Shown here: positions 58,282 through 64,000 of the stretch, piece by piece
Numbering within the stretch: position 1 is the stretch's first letter
Layout of the letters: every line of letters begins with the position of its first letter
Source of the DNA: Polyangiales bacterium
GTDB taxonomy: Bacteria; Myxococcota_A; Polyangia; Polyangiales; Polyangiaceae
Direction of reading: 5' to 3'
Length of the DNA: 64,000 nt
NCBI GenBank assembly: GCA_038230375.1
Contig: JBBRNJ010000002.1
Coordinates: 160,001 to 224,000 of the forward strand
Made by a program: the position numbers and the translations under genes
The notes under the pieces: model-generated
What the model saw: the letters and a program-made list of their open reading frames with translations, nothing else
Databases searched by the model: none
Told to the model about the DNA's origin: nothing

Positions 58282-59211
58282 ATGGCCGACATTTCTCTCT
58301 CGATGGTGAAGGAGCTCCGTGAGCGCACTCATGCAGGCATGAGCGCGTGCAAAGAAGCTCTGGGTGAGGCAGCTGGCGACCTGGACAAGGCCGTCGAGAT
58401 CCTCATGAAGAAGGGCACGATCAAGGCCGCGGACCGCGCGGGCAAGGTCGCGACCGAGGGCGAGGTCCGCGCGTGGATCTCTCCCGACAAGAAGCGTGGC
58501 GTCGTCCTCGAGGTCAACTGCCAGACCGACTTCGTCTCGCGTGGCGACGAGTTCAAGGCCTTCGTCGGCAAGGTCCTCGAGGTCGCAAGCACCCTGAAGA
58601 AGGGTGACGATCTCCTCAAGGCCAAGCTCGGCGATCAGACCGTTGACGACGCCCGCACGGCGGTCATCGCGAAGACCGGCGAGAACACCGTCGTTCGTCG
58701 CTTCGACAGCGTCTCGACGGATGCGCAGGGTGGCATGGTCCAGTCTTACGTCCACATGGGCGGCAAGATCGGCGTGCTCCTCGCAGCCGACGCACCGAAC
58801 GCGGACGCCGTGAACAACGCGGACTTCACTGCGTTCCTCGACAACTGCTCCATGCAGATCGCCGCGATGGGTCCCATCGTCGTCGACAAGAGCAACGTCG
58901 CCGCTGCCGACATCGACAAGCAGAAGGAGATCTACAAGGCGCAGCTCAAGGAAGAGGGCAAGCCCGAGGCCGCATGGCCGAAGATCATCGAGGGCAAGGT
59001 CGCCAAGTGGTTCACCGAGGTCACGCTCCTCGGTCAGGACAACGTCTGGGCGCCGGGCGAAGGCTCGATCGACAAGCTCCGTCAGGAGCTGGGCAAGAAG
59101 CTCGGTGGTGAGGTGAAGCTCCTCTCCTTCGTGCGCTTCGAGCTCGGCGCCGGCATCGAGAAGAAGACGGACGATCTCGCGGCCGAGGTCGCCAAACTAA
59201 CCGGCGGGTAA
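58282..59211 (+). CDS. tsf: translation elongation factor Ts
   Basis: 'VKELRERTHAGMSACKEAL', 'EVNCQTDFV' and 'KIIEGK'. Confidence 0.98.
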   Translation: MADISLSMVKELRERTHAGMSACKEALGEAAGDLDKAVEILMKKGTIKAADRAGKVATEGEVRAWISPDKKRGVVLEVNCQTDFVSRGDEFKAFVGKVLEVASTLKKGDDLLKAKLGDQTVDDARTAVIAKTGENTVVRRFDSVSTDAQGGMVQSYVHMGGKIGVLLAADAPNADAVNNADFTAFLDNCSMQIAAMGPIVVDKSNVAAADIDKQKEIYKAQLKEEGKPEAAWPKIIEGKVAKWFTEVTLLGQDNVWAPGEGSIDKLRQELGKKLGGEVKLLSFVRFELGAGIEKKTDDLAAEVAKLTGG

Positions 59212-59381
59212 AAGGCAGGCGCTCGCGCGTTCGCGACGCCGATACCTTCGTTGGAGGCTGCGGTCCGTGCTCACGTACCAGAGTACGTTCCGCGCGGTCC
59301 TCGCCTCCGCCTTGGTCTCGGCGCCGCGCCCGGCGCGATCGACTGCCTTTTCCATTTTGTCGAAACCGTCGGAGGCACTCA

Positions 59382-60368
59382 ATGTTTGGACGGCGCGCAA
59401 AGGGGACTCGGTATCTCTTCAGCCTCAGCGTCGACCTTGACGAGATCCCGAACTACTTCAAGATCCACGGGCTCACGGCGCCCGAGGGCGCGGCCACGGC
59501 CGTGTATGACATCGCGGTCGATCGCCTGAAGGCTCTCGCGAAGGGCCTTGGGGTGCCGCTGACGATGTTCACGGTCGCGTCGGACCTCGAGCGCCCGGAG
59601 GCGGCCGCGAAGCTGCGTGCGTGTCGCGAGGCTGGCTTCGAGATCGCAAATCACTCGCTCGACCATCGCTACGATCTCACACGCCTCACGCGCGACGACA
59701 TGCGCGCCCAGATCAAGGGTGGCGCCGATGCGATCGAGCGCGCCGTTGGCGAGCGTCCGGTTGGCTTCCGCGCGCCCGGCTACACGATCAACGACGGCGT
59801 GTTTCGTGTGCTCGCAGAGGAGGGCGTCGAATACGACTCATCGGTCTTTCCGTGCCCTGTGTATTTCGCCGCGAAGACCGCTGCCATCTCCATGATCGCC
59901 GCGCGCGGCCGCACCAGCCAGTCCGTCGTGGACACGCCGTTCGTGCTGCTCGCGCCCACGGAGCCGTACAAGACTGGCACGCCGTACTACACGCGTGGGA
60001 GCGGCATGATGGAGCTTCCCGTACAGGTGACGCGCGGCCCGAAGCTCCCCTTCATCGGCACCAGCGTGACAGCTGCCGGGCCACGCGGCGCGCGCGCGCT
60101 CGCGAGGATGTGCAAGGGCCTCACGTTCGTGAACCTGGAGCTGCACGGCATTGACGTGCTCGACGCGAGCGACGGCCTCGAGGATCTCCGCGCGTACCAG
60201 ATGGACGTGCGCATCCCGAAGCAGCGCAAGATCGATGCGATCACGGAGGCGTGTCGCGCGTTCCTGGACGACGGATACGCGCCCGTCACCATGCGCGAAG
60301 CCGCAGACCACTACACGAAGGTCTACAAGACAGTGCCAACGGCGGGCGGCTCGCGTCTCTTCGCGTAG
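59382..60368 (+). CDS. polysaccharide deacetylase-family protein
   Basis: 'SVDLDE', 'EIANHSLDH', 'GFRAPGY' and 'YDSS'. Confidence 0.85.
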   Translation: MFGRRAKGTRYLFSLSVDLDEIPNYFKIHGLTAPEGAATAVYDIAVDRLKALAKGLGVPLTMFTVASDLERPEAAAKLRACREAGFEIANHSLDHRYDLTRLTRDDMRAQIKGGADAIERAVGERPVGFRAPGYTINDGVFRVLAEEGVEYDSSVFPCPVYFAAKTAAISMIAARGRTSQSVVDTPFVLLAPTEPYKTGTPYYTRGSGMMELPVQVTRGPKLPFIGTSVTAAGPRGARALARMCKGLTFVNLELHGIDVLDASDGLEDLRAYQMDVRIPKQRKIDAITEACRAFLDDGYAPVTMREAADHYTKVYKTVPTAGGSRLFA

Positions 60369-61123
60369 GTCCCTTCGATGAACTGCTCGAGCACGGGTGC
60401 CATGTCGCCGGGGGTCTCTTCGTCCCACTCGGCCGTGCCGATCGCATCCACTGCGCGCTGGCGTGAGTCCAGCTTGAAGAAGAACGGCACGCTGTCCATG
60501 GTGCAGCCGAACGAGCCGAGCTCCGCGCCGTAGTCGTCGATGTCGACGACGAAGAGGAGAGCACCGGAGAGCGCGACCTGCATCCGCGGATCGGGAAGGC
60601 TCGCCTCGAACTTGCGCGAGGGCGCGGCCCACGTGGCCCGCGTGACGACGACGAGCGTCTTCTTCTCGGCCACCGCGCGCTTCTGCGCGTCGAGTAGCTG
60701 GAGGCGGAGCGGGCGCTGATCTCCGTTGCCCGCGTGCACCACCACGAGCATGCCGTAGTCGGCCTTCTCCGAAGTCACGTCGCGCGCGGGCTGCGTGGCC
60801 GCGAGCGACACCTTGCCGCTTCCCGATTGCTCGGGCTCGGTCATGAGGAATGCGCCGCCTGCGGCGATGAAGAAGATCACGTTGAGGAAGGTGCCGAACG
60901 CACCGAGCACGGAGCCAGCAGTGGCCATGCCGGAGCCGATGCTGCGCCCGCGCGACGCCTGGATGTCCTTCTCTGCGAGGCTGCCGAGGATCATCGCGGG
61001 GATCCCCGTGAAGAGCCCAGCGCACGTCATGCTGAGCATGCCGAACACGAGCGACGCGACCGCCTTTCCGTCGTTCGTGACGGGCGCTCGCGTCGGCTCG
61101 CGGTTGGGACGGAATCCCTGCAT
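60323..61123 (-). CDS. DUF4190 membrane protein with a C-terminal thioredoxin-like domain lacking CxxC
   Basis: 'KAVASLVFGMLS...GIPAMILG...GSGMATAGSVLG'; then 'VVVTRATWAAPS', 'VVDIDD' and 'SVPFFF'. Confidence 0.7.
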   Translation of the reverse strand: MQGFRPNREPTRAPVTNDGKAVASLVFGMLSMTCAGLFTGIPAMILGSLAEKDIQASRGRSIGSGMATAGSVLGAFGTFLNVIFFIAAGGAFLMTEPEQSGSGKVSLAATQPARDVTSEKADYGMLVVVHAGNGDQRPLRLQLLDAQKRAVAEKKTLVVVTRATWAAPSRKFEASLPDPRMQVALSGALLFVVDIDDYGAELGSFGCTMDSVPFFFKLDSRQRAVDAIGTAEWDEETPGDMAPVLEQFIEGTYAKRREPPAVGTVL

Positions 61124-61259
61124 CCTTCCCCAAGCATAGCCCCACTTCTCACCTCGCGCCCGCGCCGGGCAGGAGAACTTTTCGGGCTGCCAAACTGGAA
61201 CGTGTAAAAATCAGCCGAAGGTCCGACGAAACGGCCGATCTCCGGCCATACTGGGGGAA

Positions 61260-61931
61260 GTGGCGCTAACGGACATCGACAGCGGAGGTCATCACCTGTT
61301 CGTGCCGGCCATCCGCGATGAGCCGGAGCCCAAGTCAGCACCCGTCCCGGCGCCCGCGCACGTGGACCCACATTCAGCGCCGCCAAGGTCGAGCGTCGCC
61401 GACCTGCGGCTCACGGGGATCGTCCGCCAGCACTACGCGTTCCTCTGGCGCTCGCTACGTCGCCTTGGCGTGCTCGACGCCGACGCGGACGATGCTGCGC
61501 AGCGCGTGCTGCAGGTCGTCGCACGGCGACTTGGGGACATCGAGCCGCGGGCGGAGAAGAGCTTCCTCTTCCAGACCGCCCTGCGGGTCGCCGCGGACCT
61601 CCGCCGGGCCAAGGGTCGTGCGCGGACAGTGGCGGACGAGGACACGCTGGAGCGCGCGATGGACGATCGCCCGACGCCAGAGGAGGTCCTGAATCGCAAG
61701 CAGGCGCGGGCGGAGCTCGACATCATCCTCGATCAGCTCGCGCTCGATCTCCGAGCCGTGTTCGTCCTCTTCGAGCTCGAGGAGATGAGCACCAACGAGA
61801 TCGCAGGGCTACTCAGCATTCCTGCGGGCACCGTGAGCTCGCGCCTGCACCGGGCGCGCGAGGAGTTCCAGGCGCTGTGCGCAAGGGCGCGCGCCTCGAG
61901 GGCGCAGAGCTCGCAGGGGAGGCGACCATGA
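61260..61931 (+). CDS. ECF RNA polymerase sigma factor
   Basis: 'FLWRSLRRLGV..ADADDAAQRV', 'FLFQTALRVA' and 'RAVFVLFELEEMSTNEIA...GTVSSRLHRAR'. Start uncertain. Confidence 0.9.
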   Translation: MALTDIDSGGHHLFVPAIRDEPEPKSAPVPAPAHVDPHSAPPRSSVADLRLTGIVRQHYAFLWRSLRRLGVLDADADDAAQRVLQVVARRLGDIEPRAEKSFLFQTALRVAADLRRAKGRARTVADEDTLERAMDDRPTPEEVLNRKQARAELDIILDQLALDLRAVFVLFELEEMSTNEIAGLLSIPAGTVSSRLHRAREEFQALCARARASRAQSSQGRRP

Positions 61932-62878
61932 GCGATCCGGTACGGCTGCTTTCACGCGCTTCCGATCGAGGCGCGGACTCCATCGGAAGCCTCGAACGCG
62001 AGATGCTCGCATCGGCACGCGACGATCACGCGCCGCTCGATGCGGAGGAGCGCGCGCTGGCGGCGCTCGGCATCGGCGCGCTCGCGTTGGTCGCTGCGTC
62101 TGCTGCGTCCGCACCTGGTCTCTCCGGGACCGCCGCGCTCGGCACGGCGACCACCACCGCAACCACCACCGCGTCGTCGTTCGCGCCAGTGGGCGCGTCA
62201 GTCGGCGCGTCCGTGGCAAACGGCGCGCTGAAGATCACCGGGCTCGCCTTCGCGAAATGGATCGGGGTCGGCGTGGTCGCGATCGCTGCGGCCGCGGGCA
62301 CGTACGAGGTCGTTGCCAACAACGCACCAGCACAGCCCCGCACGTCGACGATGGTCGGCGTGGCCGGCCCCTTGCAGCGTGAAGGGCACGCGACGGCCCT
62401 ACCGGGCACGCAAGCCGTCCCAGCTCCGCCGGGCGTCCTTGACAAGGCCCAGGAAGAGCCCGGAGCACCCGCGACCCCGCAAGCGCTGGAGCTGGGGCAA
62501 GAGCAGGCGACGGAGCCGGGCAAGGACGAGCCCCGCGCGATCACGGCGCCCTCGGGTCCTTCCGGCCTGGCAGGCAGCGGCGCTGATACTCCGCGAGGGG
62601 GCGAGCTCGCGGGAGAGCTGGCGCTGCTCGATCAGGCGCGCGGCTCGCTGGCACGGCGCGACGCGACTGCGGCCACGGCGGCGCTGGACATGTACGCGCG
62701 AAGGTATCCGAACGGCACGATGCGAGAGGAGGCGACCGTCGCCCGTATCGAGGCGCTGTTGCTCAACGGGCAATCTGCTGCCGCGGCGACCCAGGCCGAG
62801 CAGTTCCTGCGCGAGCACCCCGCCAGCACGAACACGAAGCGCGTGCGACAGCTCAAGAAGCGCGCGATGGCGGAGTGA
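61928..62878 (+). CDS. putative anti-sigma membrane protein with a C-terminal TPR-like domain
   Basis: ATGA overlap with the ECF gene, a TM 'WIGVGVVAIAAAAG' and 'ELALLDQARG...YARRYPNG.MREEA..ARIEAL'. Confidence 0.75.
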   Translation: MSDPVRLLSRASDRGADSIGSLEREMLASARDDHAPLDAEERALAALGIGALALVAASAASAPGLSGTAALGTATTTATTTASSFAPVGASVGASVANGALKITGLAFAKWIGVGVVAIAAAAGTYEVVANNAPAQPRTSTMVGVAGPLQREGHATALPGTQAVPAPPGVLDKAQEEPGAPATPQALELGQEQATEPGKDEPRAITAPSGPSGLAGSGADTPRGGELAGELALLDQARGSLARRDATAATAALDMYARRYPNGTMREEATVARIEALLLNGQSAAAATQAEQFLREHPASTNTKRVRQLKKRAMAE

Positions 62879-62894
62879 CAGGCGCCGCGCGGAA

Positions 62895-63716
62895 CTAGGC
62901 GCGCTTGTCGGAGACGCGGCCGATGTTCTTCACGTCCACGCCGGAGCGCTTGATGAAGTCCCGGGCTGCGTCGCTATCACCCGCCATCAGCTCGTCGGGA
63001 GTTCCGCGCGCGACGATCTGGCCCTTGATGAGCAAGATGGCTTGATGCGCGATGCGGAAGCAGCTCGCGATGTCGTGCGAGATGACCACGCTGGTGACGC
63101 CGAATCGCTCTCGCGTCTCCTCGATGAGATCATCCACCATGCGACTGGTGAGCGGGTCCAGGCCGCTCGTCGGCTCGTCATAGACCAGGATCGGCGGCTG
63201 GAGCATCAGTGCTCGCGCAAGCCCAACGCGCTTGCGCATGCCGCCGGACAGCTCGGCGGGGAACTTCTTCAACACCGTCTCGTCGAGACCCAGGATGCGG
63301 AGCGTGTCCATCACCTTGGCGTCGATCTCCTTCCGCTTCATCTTCGAGTGCTCGATGAGCGGGAACGCCACGTTCTCGAGCACGGACGCGGAGTCGAGCA
63401 GGGCGGCGTACTGGTAGACCATCCCGAGCTTCTTGCGGACGCGATTGAGCTCGCGTTCGGGCAGCCCCGCGATGTTCTCGCCCTCGATGTAGAGCTCGCC
63501 GCTCGTGGGCTGCTCGAGGGCCACGATGAGCCGCAGGAGCGTGGTCTTTCCGGCGCCCGACCCGCCGATGATGACGGTTGTCTCGCCCTTCTTGGCCACC
63601 AGATCGATGCCGCGCAGGACCTCGTGCTCGCCGTCGTACGACTTCCGGACCTTGCGAAGGACGACGGTGTCGTTCGGTTCGATGGGTGGGGAAGGGGGCG
63701 TGGGCGGGGCTGCCAT
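62895..63716 (-). CDS. mlaF: ABC transporter ATP-binding protein, MlaF/Mkl-like
   Basis: Walker A 'GGSGAGKT', signature 'LSGGMRKRVGLARAL' and 'YDEPTSGLDP'. Confidence 0.85.
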   Translation of the reverse strand: MAAPPTPPSPPIEPNDTVVLRKVRKSYDGEHEVLRGIDLVAKKGETTVIIGGSGAGKTTLLRLIVALEQPTSGELYIEGENIAGLPERELNRVRKKLGMVYQYAALLDSASVLENVAFPLIEHSKMKRKEIDAKVMDTLRILGLDETVLKKFPAELSGGMRKRVGLARALMLQPPILVYDEPTSGLDPLTSRMVDDLIEETRERFGVTSVVISHDIASCFRIAHQAILLIKGQIVARGTPDELMAGDSDAARDFIKRSGVDVKNIGRVSDKRA

Positions 63717-63816
63717 GCGCGTTCATGGCCTTAGCACACGTGGGAACCGAGGGGCGTGGCGTGGGCGGTGACGTTTTCGGCTTGTGTCCCGAAAAAACGA
63801 GGGCGATAAAGACGTC

Positions 63817-64000
63817 ATGACGCGTGAAGAGCTCGACCTCGTTTTGAAGACGCTGCAACTCAAGGCCGACAAGGACGGCACCATGACCCTTCCGGACGAC
63901 GCCAGCGCGACGATGTACGTCGCCCACGACGGCGCCGGCCTCTCCGTGTCGAAGATCGCGAGCATCAGGCAAGAGGCCGAGATGCTCATCCTGAAGACCC
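63817..64000 (+). CDS. hypothetical protein (3'-truncated)
   Basis: The ATG at 63817 opens a frame MTREELDLVLKTLQLKADKDG... that runs off the window with host-like codon usage. Confidence 0.6.
   Translation, partial: MTREELDLVLKTLQLKADKDGTMTLPDDASATMYVAHDGAGLSVSKIASIRQEAEMLILKT

Noticed and set aside
61171..61225. GAACTT / GGAAC elements upstream of the ECF gene as an autoregulatory ECF promoter
   Set aside because: No convincing -10 element at 16-17 bp spacing.

Overview
GC-rich (~68% by eye), gene-dense bacterial chromosomal DNA. The gene repertoire (Ser/Thr kinases, ECF sigma factors with TPR-type partners, DUF4388/GYF_2 domains) points to Myxococcota, probably Polyangiaceae/Labilithrix-like; this taxonomy is an inference. 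No integrase, transposase, CRISPR array, rRNA or tRNA was seen. In order: (1) a glycolipid/glycan locus at 1-15.3 kb (MMPL transporter, DUF2334 deacetylase, two GT4 enzymes, a cNMP-binding metallo-beta-lactamase phosphodiesterase, UDP-GlcA epimerase, ugd, two GT-C-like membrane proteins); (2) an SDR, an RluA-RlmI fusion and peptide/amino-acid transporters at 16.5-30 kb; (3) a five-gene, largely translationally coupled minus-strand operon srfB - grpE-like - srfA-like - srfC - Sel1 membrane protein at 33.8-42.4 kb, flanked by two beta-propeller genes; (4) a membrane-anchored ECF sigma, truB and two convergent Ser/Thr kinases; (5) DUF47-pit-gatC-gatA-GNAT, rpsB-tsf with an S2-type leader, a deacetylase, an ECF/anti-sigma pair and mlaF. 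Two observations stand out. First, a dispersed interrupted palindrome TGYA-N3-TRCA occurs 18 times by manual count (about 1 expected), inside coding sequence in different frames, often at rare codons, and clustered at 14-47 kb. Second, the Srf operon pairs an Hsp70/actin-fold ATPase with a GrpE-like protein and a dynamin-like GTPase. All calls come from motif recognition by eye; no searches were run.
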